Positions 1 to 6,138 of a DNA stretch of 8,316 bases are shown here, piece after piece (the stretch's first letter is position 1; each line of letters begins with the position of its first letter). Both the position numbers and the translations under genes were made by a program. The notes beneath the pieces were generated by a model. That model was not told the origin of the DNA. It searched no databases and saw nothing but the letters and a program-made list of their open reading frames with translations. Source of the DNA: Nostoc sp. PA-18-2419 (GTDB taxonomy: Bacteria; Cyanobacteriota; Cyanobacteriia; Cyanobacteriales; Nostocaceae); contig NZ_SZNH01000014.1 of assembly GCF_005869855.1 (NCBI RefSeq), forward strand, positions 109,146 to 117,461, given 5' to 3'.

Positions 1-2511
1 GGCATTCAAGTTGTGCAGTTTGCCAGAACGCAGCTTGATTTAAATCCACCAGAAGATTTTGATATACTCGCCCAAGTGCAATATTGTTGGCGGCGTTGGT
101 GTGAGGGTGAGGTGCTGCTAGTGCTGGATGATGTCAGCGACTACGAGCAACTTAAGCCTTATCTACCGTCGTCATCTTCTCGGTTTAAAGTGTTGATGAC
201 TACACGCCAAAACTTGGGACGTATCGCACAGTTATCTTTAGATGTGCTGCAACCAGGCGTGGCGCTGGAGTTGTTGAGGTCTTTACTCAAAGAAACACCA
301 GAGCGAATTGAGCGAGAATTAGGTTTAGCAAATCAGTTGTGTAAGTGGCTGGGATATTTACCTTTGGGTGTGGAATTAGTGGGGCGCTATCTGGCGCGGA
401 AACAGGATTTATCTTTAGCACAAATGTTGCGGCGGTTGGAGAACAAGCGACTAGATGAGCGTTCTCTGTCTAAATGTAAGTCGGAAGCCGACATGACAGC
501 ACAACGAGGTGTGTTAGCAGCCTTTGAGTTGAGTTGGCAAGAACTAGAAGACGATGATAAGCAATTGGGCTGTTTATTGAGTTTATTTGCTGCCGCACCC
601 ATACCCTGGAAGTTGGTAGAACAGTGTTTACCAGAGGAAGATGTCGAAGATTTAGAAAAAATTAGAGACGATAGCTTGCTGAATCTGCATTTACTCCAGC
701 GCAAAGGTGAGGGAATCTATCAATTGCATCCACTGTTGAGAGAGTTTTTTCAATATAAGCTTACAGGTTTAAAACAAGCAGAGGAATTTAAGCGAAGTTT
801 TTGCCGTGTAATGATAGCAGTTGCTAAAGATATTCCTCACTCACCTACCCTTGAGCAAATCAACGATGTCACCCTCGCCATACCTCACTTAGCAGAAGTA
901 GCGAACAATCTCATTCAATACGTTAGCGATGAAGATTTACTTTTGTCATTCATCGGCAACGCTCGATTTTACGAAGGTCAGGGATTGTATGACCAGGCTT
1001 TACCCTGGTATAAGCAGTGTCTAGAGGTAACTAAAAAGCGTTTGGGACAGGAACATTCACTTGTTGCCATTAGCATCAACAACCTAGCAGAACTCTACCA
1101 TTCCCAAGGAAAATTCAGCGAAGCCGAAGCTCTGTCTGTGCAAGCTTTGGTACTCAGGCGATACTTACTGGGAGAAGAACATCCAGATGTAGCAATAAGC
1201 CTCAACAACCTGGCGTGTCTTTATTATTCCCAGGGAAGATATAGTGAAGCCGAACCCCTGTACCTGCAAGCTTTGACACTTAGGCTACGCCTGCTAGCGG
1301 AAGAACATCTAGATGTTGCCACTAGCCTCAATAACCTAGCCAATCTCTACTTCTCTCAAGGAAAATACGGAAAAGCCGAACCCCTGTACCTGCAAGCTTT
1401 GGCACTCAGGCGATACTTACTGGGAGAAGAACATTTAGATGTAGCACTAAGTCTCAACAACCTGGCAGCACTCTACGACTCACAAGGAAAATACAGCGAA
1501 GCCGAACCTTTGTACCTACAAGCTTTGAAACTAACACGATACCAACTGGGAGAGTCACACCCTAATGTAGCACTAAGCCTCAACAACCTGGCTACACTCT
1601 ACTGTTCGCAAGGAAGATACACTGAAGCCGAACCCCTGTACCTGCAAGCTTTGGCACTCAGACGACACTTGCTTGGAGAAGAACATCCAGATGTAGCACT
1701 AAGCTTCAATAACCTGGGAAAACTTTACTGTTCGCAAGGAAGATACAGCGAAGCCGAACCTTTGTATCTACAAGTTTTGGCACTCAGGCGACACTTGCTG
1801 GGAGAAGAACATCCACATGTAGCACTAAGCTTCAACAACCTGGCTACACTCTACTACTCCCAAGGAAGATACAGCGAAGCCGAACCCCTGTACCTGCAAG
1901 CTTTGGCACTCAGGCGAAACTTACTGGGAGAAGAACATCCACATGTAGCACTAAGCCTCAACAACCTGGCTACACTCTACTACTCCCAAGGAAAATATAG
2001 CGAAGCCGAACCCTTGTACCTACAAGCTTTGGAACTAATACCAAGCCTGCTGGGAGAGCCACATCCAAGTGTTGCCACTAGCCTTAATAACTTGGCGATA
2101 CTTTACAATTCCCAAAGCAGATACAGTGAAGCCGAATCCCTTTACCTACAAGCTTTAAAACAAAGGCAACACTTGTTAGGAGAGTCACATCCAGATGTTG
2201 CCAATAGCTTTTACAACCTGGGAGAACTCTACTATTCCCAAGGAAAATATAGCGAAGCCGAACCCTTTTACCTACATGCTTTGGAACAAAGGCGACACCT
2301 GCTAGGAGAATCACATCCAGATATTATCACTAGCCTCAATAGCCTGGCATGTCTCTACTATTTCCAAGGAAAATATAGCGAAGCCGAACCCCTATACCTG
2401 CAAGCTTTAGAAATTTGTGAGCGACGGTTAGGAGTGAATCATCCTCATATGGTTATTCTTCGTGAAAATCTGGCAAATCTTCGCGATCGCCTTGCCTCAA
2501 ATCAAGAATAG
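1..2511 (+). CDS. STAND-class NB-ARC (AP-ATPase) NTPase with a C-terminal 42-residue TPR array (bacterial NLR-like protein); 5'-partial
   Basis: The frame is open from nt 1 (GIQVV precedes the GTG at 13), so the gene probably starts upstream of the window. NB-ARC motifs appear in order: Walker B VLLVLDDV (nt 112-135), sensor-I/RNBS-B KVLMTTR (187-207), GLPLA-like GYLPLGVELVG (352-381), and a winged-helix MHD-like YQLHPLLREF (about 721-750). No P-loop is visible, which fits truncation. From about nt 919 onward there are TPR_10/TPR_12-type units (consensus GEEHPDVALSLNNLATLYYSQGRYSEAEPLYLQALALRRHLL). The stop is TAG at 2509-2511. Confidence 0.85.
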   Translation, partial: GIQVVQFARTQLDLNPPEDFDILAQVQYCWRRWCEGEVLLVLDDVSDYEQLKPYLPSSSSRFKVLMTTRQNLGRIAQLSLDVLQPGVALELLRSLLKETPERIERELGLANQLCKWLGYLPLGVELVGRYLARKQDLSLAQMLRRLENKRLDERSLSKCKSEADMTAQRGVLAAFELSWQELEDDDKQLGCLLSLFAAAPIPWKLVEQCLPEEDVEDLEKIRDDSLLNLHLLQRKGEGIYQLHPLLREFFQYKLTGLKQAEEFKRSFCRVMIAVAKDIPHSPTLEQINDVTLAIPHLAEVANNLIQYVSDEDLLLSFIGNARFYEGQGLYDQALPWYKQCLEVTKKRLGQEHSLVAISINNLAELYHSQGKFSEAEALSVQALVLRRYLLGEEHPDVAISLNNLACLYYSQGRYSEAEPLYLQALTLRLRLLAEEHLDVATSLNNLANLYFSQGKYGKAEPLYLQALALRRYLLGEEHLDVALSLNNLAALYDSQGKYSEAEPLYLQALKLTRYQLGESHPNVALSLNNLATLYCSQGRYTEAEPLYLQALALRRHLLGEEHPDVALSFNNLGKLYCSQGRYSEAEPLYLQVLALRRHLLGEEHPHVALSFNNLATLYYSQGRYSEAEPLYLQALALRRNLLGEEHPHVALSLNNLATLYYSQGKYSEAEPLYLQALELIPSLLGEPHPSVATSLNNLAILYNSQSRYSEAESLYLQALKQRQHLLGESHPDVANSFYNLGELYYSQGKYSEAEPFYLHALEQRRHLLGESHPDIITSLNSLACLYYFQGKYSEAEPLYLQALEICERRLGVNHPHMVILRENLANLRDRLASNQE
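1045..2430 (+). repeat. 11 tandem in-frame 126-bp coding repeats (42-aa TPR units), flanked by a degenerate unit at 919-1044 and a C-terminal cap unit at 2431-2508
   Basis: The unit-initial GGA (Gly) codon falls at 1045, 1171 and 1423, then at 1675, 1801, 1927 and 2305, an exact 126-nt phase. The 35-nt string GCCGAACCCCTGTACCTGCAAGCTTTGGCACTCAG occurs identically at 1375-1409, 1627-1661 and 1879-1913 (252-nt spacing). Confidence 0.95.
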
Positions 2512-2593
2512 GCAAGTTTTGTACCAAAAATACCATGATAAAACTTGAAGGAGCGATCACCTAGATGAAAATTTATATTGAACTAAGTAAAAA

Positions 2594-2906
2594 TGCAATT
2601 TGACTTACTCAAAATGAGCTTTCACTTTCTCAAAAACAGCTTTTACTTTCTCAAACCCCAGTTTGCTTTCTCATTTTGGTGTTTTCCGTAAGCAAAATAA
2701 GCTTTTACTTACTCAAAAGCAGCTTTTACTTTCTCATTTTGGTGTTTTCCGCAAGCAAAATAAGCTTTTACTTTCTCAAACCCCAGTTTGCTTTCTCATT
2801 TTGGTGTTTTCCGCAAGCAAAAGCAGCTTTTACTTTCTCAAACCTCAGTTTGCTTACTCATTTGAGTAATTCACGCATTCATTTTGGTATATCATTGAGC
2901 CGAAAG
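2594..2906. repeat. Non-coding hierarchical tandem repeat array (about 15 units of 19-23 nt; 62-63-bp and 125-bp higher-order periods)
   Basis: There are three related unit classes. Class A is AGCTTTTACTTTCTCAAA-like, starting at 2594, 2615, 2637, 2698, 2720, 2761 and 2824. Class B is CCCAGTTTGCTTTCTCATT at 2657 and 2782, with a variant at 2844. Class C is TTGGTGTTTTCCG(C/T)AAGCAAAA at 2676, 2739 and 2801, with a degenerate copy at 2884. A 51-nt segment at 2638-2688 is exactly identical to 2763-2813. The array sits between the STAND gene stop and the hicA 3' end. Confidence 0.9.
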
Positions 2907-3001
2907 AAAAGCGTAGGCGTAGCCCGTTGTAGACATCGCTTCTCGGCAAATCTTAAAGGCTATTCCATTCTTCTAATGTGATTTACCGTTCTAAAATCAC
3001 C

Positions 3002-3220
3002 TCAACTTCTCGAATCATCCATCATCTGCAATTGTGGTACAGAATACTCATCATTAGAGGGAAGAGTTAGGCGATATTCACCGTAAATCATAAACTGATG
3101 TCTTGTTCCAGAATAAGCCCCCTCAAACCCAATCCGTCGTAATTTATTCACAAAATCACTACGCTTACAGGGTATCCATCGGCTCAAGAGTCGGCTCCTT
3201 GTTGAGGTCAATATTATCAA
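3002..3220 (-). CDS. hicA: HicA-family (YcfA-like) type II toxin, apparently C-terminally frameshifted (possible pseudogene); start uncertain
   Basis: The translation KRSDFVNKLRRIGFEGAYSGTRHQFMIYGEYRLTLPSNDEYSVPQL fits the HicA pattern (basic N-terminus, GF, G-x-x-H core, hhhPxx). The gene lies immediately downstream of a hicB-like gene and overlaps it. ATG 3220 overlaps hicB by 56 nt, and an in-frame TTG at 3187 is an alternative start. The open frame ends in ..QMMDDSRS*, but the +1 frame continues as MIREVEVILER*ITLEEWNSL* down to 2953 (see finding). Confidence 0.6.
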   Translation of the reverse strand: MIILTSTRSRLLSRWIPCKRSDFVNKLRRIGFEGAYSGTRHQFMIYGEYRLTLPSNDEYSVPQLQMMDDSRS

Positions 3221-3437
3221 TTACTGGTAGAGAATGTCCCAACTTTAACCCAAGCAAAATCCAGTCTTCCAGTGTTGAATGTAATTCATCCTCACACTCT
3301 CGCAAAGTCGATGCAAAGGCTATCACTCCTTTGCAAAGAGGAATTCTACCTGCAAATGTACCATCTTCTAACTTGTCATAAACTGCTTGGGCGATCGCTC
3401 CGTCAACATAGTCGCTCAGAATAAACCTTATTGTCAT
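3165..3437 (-). CDS. hicB: HicB-family type II antitoxin (short, single-domain form)
   Basis: This 90-aa ORF contains YDKLEDGTFAGRIPLCKGVIAFASTLRECEDELHSTLEDWILLGLKLGHSLPVIDNIDL. That matches the HicB/UPF0150 pattern: a beta-hairpin with G-x-IP-x-x-G, then 'TLEEC..EL.e.LEeWI' and 'LP.Idgi.L'. It overlaps the hicA-like ORF in an operon arrangement. An ATG start is present. Confidence 0.7.
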   Translation of the reverse strand: MTIRFILSDYVDGAIAQAVYDKLEDGTFAGRIPLCKGVIAFASTLRECEDELHSTLEDWILLGLKLGHSLPVIDNIDLNKEPTLEPMDTL

Positions 3438-3852
3438 GAAATCTTGCGTTGTGCTACCAGTTTAATCTTACGTTAATAAATTGATGACTCTGACGGTTCA
3501 CCTCGGTTAAATATTCTGATTTCAATCCCACGCCTTTTAAGCGTCGTTCCCCACACCCCACAAACTCTGAACAGCTTGGCATATAGCTAAAATGAGACTT
3601 GAACAGGCGATCGCACTATTCGGTAGGTAATCCTTAACATCTAACTCATCCCACTCTTAAAAGGGGATGGGATTTCACTTTGACTGTTGACGAATAAAAT
3701 TAGCCATGTGTCCAAAATATTTCTGACAAAACATCAATTTGTGTCAATTGATTCTGATAAGTTAGTAAACTAAATATTTATTAATACCTTCAACGCTTCC
3801 TAACCCGGCGGGAGCATTGAGCAAAACAGACACAATTAATTGACTCAAAGTT

Positions 3853-5682
3853 ATGGCGCTCATAGTTCAGAAATACGGTGGTACATCTGTCGGTTCAGTC
3901 GAACGCATTCAGGCTGTTGCACAGCGCGTCTACAAAACTGTCAAAGCTGGAAACTCTCTGGTTGTAGTGGTTTCGGCAATGGGCAAAACCACTGATGGAC
4001 TCGTCAAACTAGCTAATGAAATTTCGCCAAATCCTAACCGCCGGGAAATGGATATGCTGCTTTCCACTGGCGAACAAGTAACCATTGCCTTACTCAGTAT
4101 GGCATTGCAGGAACTCGGACAACCAGCAATTTCTATGACTGGCGCTCAAGTAGGAATTGTTACCGAAGCAGAACACAGCCGCGCTCGGATTTTACATATT
4201 GAAACTACTCGCGTAACTCGCCACCTCACAGCAGGAAAAGTAGTTGTAGTAGCTGGTTTTCAAGGCATATCAAGTGCCGGAGAAATGGAAATTACAACTT
4301 TGGGACGTGGTGGTTCTGACACTTCAGCAGTAGCACTGGCAGCAGCATTACAAGCAAGTTTCTGTGAAATTTATACAGATGTTCCAGGGATTTTAACTAC
4401 AGACCCCCGCTTAGTTCCCGAAGCTCAGTTAATTGATGCTATCACTTGCAATGAAATGCTGGAACTAGCTAGCTTAGGAGCAAAAGTGTTGCATCCCCGC
4501 GCTGTGGAAATTGCTCGGAATTACGGTGTTCCCCTGGTAGTCAGGTCTAGCTGGACAGATGACCCAGGTACTTGGGTAACATCAGCTAAACCCCAAGGGC
4601 GATCGCTAATCAACTTAGAAATTGCCCGTCCAGTAGACCATGTAGAATTTGACACAGACCAAGCAAAGGTAGCTCTATTGCGCGTTCCTGACAAACCAGG
4701 TGTAGCAGCAAGTTTATTTGGGGAAATTGCCCGTCAAAAAGTAGACGTAGATTTGATTATTCAATCAATCCACGAAGGTAACAGTAATGACATTGCTTTT
4801 ACCGTTACTACACCAATTTTAAAACGAGCCGAAGCAGTAGCAGCGGCGATCGCCCCAGCCCTGAGGAGTAAATCCAACCCCAAATCTGATGAAGCCGAGG
4901 TAATGGTAGAACAAAAGATTGCCAAAGTCAGCATTGCAGGCGCGGGTATGATTGGGCGTCCTGGTATAGCTGCAAAGATGTTTGCCACCTTAGCCGAAGC
5001 TGGCATCAATATACAGATGATTTCCACCAGCGAAGTCAAAGTCAGCTGCGTAGTAGATGCAGCACAATGCGATCGTGCCGTTACTGCACTGAGTACAGCA
5101 TTTGAAATCGAAGCAAGGGAGCAGCAAAGTAAGCAAACACAGGAAACACACACCTCTGCCCCTCTGCCAAATTGTCCTCCCGTCCGTGGTGTTGCCCTTG
5201 ACTTAAAGCAAGCGCGTCTTGCGATTCGCCAATTACCAGATCGGCCGGGAATGGCGGCGAAGTTGTTTGGATTATTAGCGCGATATAACATCAGCGTTGA
5301 TATGATTATCCAATCTCAGCGTTGTCGGGTAATTGATGGTGTTCCCAGACGAGATATTGCTTTTACAGTCTCACGGATGGATGGAGAAAATGCAAAACAA
5401 TTGCTCACTCAAGTAACAGCAGAATTGGGATGGGGTGAAGTTGTTTTAGATAATGCGATCGCCAAAGTGAGTATTGTCGGTGCAGGTATGGTAGGACAAC
5501 CAGGTGTTGCCGCTAAAATGTTTGAAGCCTTAGCCCAACAACAAATCAATATTCAAATGATTGCTACTTCAGAAATCAAAATTAGCTGTGTCGTCGCACA
5601 AGAGCAAGGTGTTAAAGCTTTACAAGCTATTCATTCCGCCTTTGGTTTGGCTGGTAGTCAGAAATTTGTAGTCCCAGCATAA
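3853..5682 (+). CDS. lysC: Aspartate kinase, cyanobacterial long form with duplicated ACT regulatory module (four ACT domains)
   Basis: The N-terminus carries the kinase signature [11 protein letters not shown], and [28 protein letters not shown] and [15 protein letters not shown] are all canonical aspartokinase motifs. Two paralogous regulatory modules follow at aa 261-420 and aa 444-600, each with ..PD(K/R)PG(V/M)AA.LFG.. and IAKVSI.GAGM.G.PG.AAKMF..LA...INIQMI.TSE.K.SCVV. The 609-aa length matches the known cyanobacterial architecture. Confidence 0.97.
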   Translation: MALIVQKYGGTSVGSVERIQAVAQRVYKTVKAGNSLVVVVSAMGKTTDGLVKLANEISPNPNRREMDMLLSTGEQVTIALLSMALQELGQPAISMTGAQVGIVTEAEHSRARILHIETTRVTRHLTAGKVVVVAGFQGISSAGEMEITTLGRGGSDTSAVALAAALQASFCEIYTDVPGILTTDPRLVPEAQLIDAITCNEMLELASLGAKVLHPRAVEIARNYGVPLVVRSSWTDDPGTWVTSAKPQGRSLINLEIARPVDHVEFDTDQAKVALLRVPDKPGVAASLFGEIARQKVDVDLIIQSIHEGNSNDIAFTVTTPILKRAEAVAAAIAPALRSKSNPKSDEAEVMVEQKIAKVSIAGAGMIGRPGIAAKMFATLAEAGINIQMISTSEVKVSCVVDAAQCDRAVTALSTAFEIEAREQQSKQTQETHTSAPLPNCPPVRGVALDLKQARLAIRQLPDRPGMAAKLFGLLARYNISVDMIIQSQRCRVIDGVPRRDIAFTVSRMDGENAKQLLTQVTAELGWGEVVLDNAIAKVSIVGAGMVGQPGVAAKMFEALAQQQINIQMIATSEIKISCVVAQEQGVKALQAIHSAFGLAGSQKFVVPA

Positions 5683-5690
5683 GTTAATCT

Positions 5691-5720
5691 CAAGTCTTCA
5701 ACAGACTTGTATTTATGTCT
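5691..5720 (+). terminator. Weak rho-independent terminator candidate for lysC
   Basis: The stem is CAAGTCT (5691-5697) paired with AGACTTG (5703-5709), with a 5-nt loop, followed by the T-rich tail TATTTATGTCTTT. It starts 9 nt after the lysC stop. The stem is only 7 bp with 3 GC pairs. Confidence 0.4.
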
Positions 5721-5791
5721 TTGGGGACTTCCAAAAAATAAATTAACCTGAATTCAATGGCTCATATATTGTCTGCCCAATTTACTCAATC

Positions 5792-5814
5792 AAAAAACCT
5801 CTAAGAGGTTTTAC
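5792..5814. terminator. A-tract / hairpin / T-tract element (potential bidirectional terminator)
   Basis: The sequence is AAAAAACCTC-TAA-GAGGTTTT. An 8-bp stem (5794-5801 with 5805-5812) is flanked by an A-run on one side and a T-run on the other, so either strand reads hairpin plus U-tract. Only 4 pairs are GC. Confidence 0.3.
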
Positions 5815-5819
5815 TACGC

Positions 5820-5852
5820 AAAACTGTCCCTCTATGAATCCCAGAGGGACAG
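5820..5852 (-). terminator. Rho-independent terminator oriented for the minus strand
   Basis: A perfect 10-bp stem pairs CTGTCCCTCT (5824-5833) with AGAGGGACAG (5843-5852), around a 9-nt loop. On the minus strand the stem is followed by TTTT (plus-strand AAAA at 5820-5823). On the plus strand no U-tract follows. Confidence 0.5.
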
Positions 5853-5878
5853 ACCTTAATGAATGGCTGACAAAAAAG

Positions 5879-6004
5879 CTATAACGCAGACTGGATAAGA
5901 ACTATAGCACGTAAATGTTGATGAAAATAAAGTAGTATACCAGGCTTGAAGCGCATTAAATCATGAGCTAAATCACGCCAAAATAAATCAATATCAGTAT
6001 TCAA
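5879..6004 (-). CDS. Hypothetical small ORF (41 aa from TTG 6004, or 25 aa from ATG 5956)
   Basis: My hand translation is (L/M)NTDIDLFWRDLAHDLMRFKPGILLYFHQHLRAIVLIQSAL*. The stop TAG at 5881-5879 lies 27 nt upstream of the minus-strand terminator hairpin. No RBS was recognised and no homology could be checked. The region is AT-rich, so a chance ORF is plausible. Confidence 0.15.
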   Translation of the reverse strand: MNTDIDLFWRDLAHDLMRFKPGILLYFHQHLRAIVLIQSAL

Positions 6005-6109
6005 CCCATAATATTTTTGTTAACAATAAAAAAATATATATTAATGGGTTCTCAGAAATTTTACATGCCAAAATAGCATTAATTTTTATGGTAATAAATT
6101 TATTTTATT

Positions 6110-6138
6110 TTAAAATTACCAATAATCATACGTATAAT
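6110..6138 (+). promoter_or_regulatory. Candidate sigma70-type promoter for the kinase-like gene
   Basis: A perfect -10 hexamer TATAAT sits at 6133-6138. A 17-nt spacer separates it from TTAAAA (6110-6115, 4/6 match to TTGACA). The element lies about 48 nt upstream of the start codon. The surrounding DNA is about 19% G+C, so chance matches are likely. Confidence 0.25.

Noticed and set aside
387-704. Minus-strand ORF of 105 aa inside the NB-ARC region
   Set aside because: This is a shadow ORF antisense to a strongly supported coding frame, with Ser/Cys-rich low-information sequence.
2084-2314. Minus-strand ORF of 76 aa inside the TPR repeats
   Set aside because: This is an antisense shadow generated by the periodic repeat. 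Its own sequence is internally repetitive (VAFVPKHVGKRVRL / VAFVLKLVGKGIRL), mirroring the sense-strand units.
2513-2547. Inverted repeat CAAGTTTT ... AAAACTTG just after the STAND gene stop, as a terminator
   Set aside because: The stem is AU-rich and 8 bp, the loop is 19 nt, and there is no following U-tract. It is unlikely to act as an intrinsic terminator.
2594-2906. CRISPR array, or an NsiR1-like tandem sRNA array
   Set aside because: The units abut directly with no unique spacers of about 30-40 nt, the repeats are not a constant length, and no cas genes are present. The units are also shorter than a promoter-plus-sRNA cassette. I see no TCCGGA-type heterocyst (DIF) promoter motif of the kind reported for the NsiR1 array.
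2899-2947. GCGTAGGCGTAGCCCGTTGTAGACATCGC segment flanked by imperfect complementary arms (GCCGAAAG..CTTCTCGGC); possible dispersed Nostocales repeat or hicBA terminator
   Set aside because: It resembles short interspersed GC-rich repeats I recall from Nostoc genomes, but only one copy is in the window and I cannot search a genome. As a terminator the stem is interrupted and lacks a U-tract.
2663-2981. Two overlapping plus-strand ORFs (2663-2869, 68 aa; 2676-2981, 101 aa) across the intergenic repeat array
   Set aside because: Their translations are low-complexity reiterations (SKISFYFLKPQFAFSF and similar) produced by the 21-nt repeat being open in two frames. Both overlap each other, have no recognisable start context, and show no protein-like composition. 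I treated them as repeat artefacts.
3103-3381. Plus-strand ORF of 92 aa overlapping hicA and hicB
   Set aside because: It is antisense to two ORFs that have recognisable TA-family sequence patterns, and it has no motif of its own.
3512-3560. Possible solitary CRISPR repeat (GATTTCAATCCCACGCCTTTTAAGCGTCGTTCCCC), reminiscent of cyanobacterial GTTTCAATCCC-type repeats
   Set aside because: There is a single copy only, no array, only a 4-bp internal stem (ACGC/GCGT), and no cas genes. The resemblance is limited to about 10 nt.
3440-3852. Lysine riboswitch (L-box) or other leader RNA upstream of lysC
   Set aside because: I could find only short isolated hairpins, with no multi-stem junction or conserved L-box-like core. 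I cannot run a covariance model, so this is 'not supported' rather than excluded. A cmsearch with Rfam RF00168 would settle it.
4761-5291. Minus-strand ORF of 176 aa inside lysC
   Set aside because: This is a shadow ORF antisense to an unambiguous aspartate kinase frame. It is Ala/Arg/Cys-rich, as expected from the reverse complement of GC-rich codons.
5758-5805. Tiny plus-strand ORFs in the lysC downstream spacer (for example MAHILSAQFTQSKNL, 15 aa)
   Set aside because: They are too short, have no RBS, and their stop codons fall inside hairpin loops. They are indistinguishable from chance.
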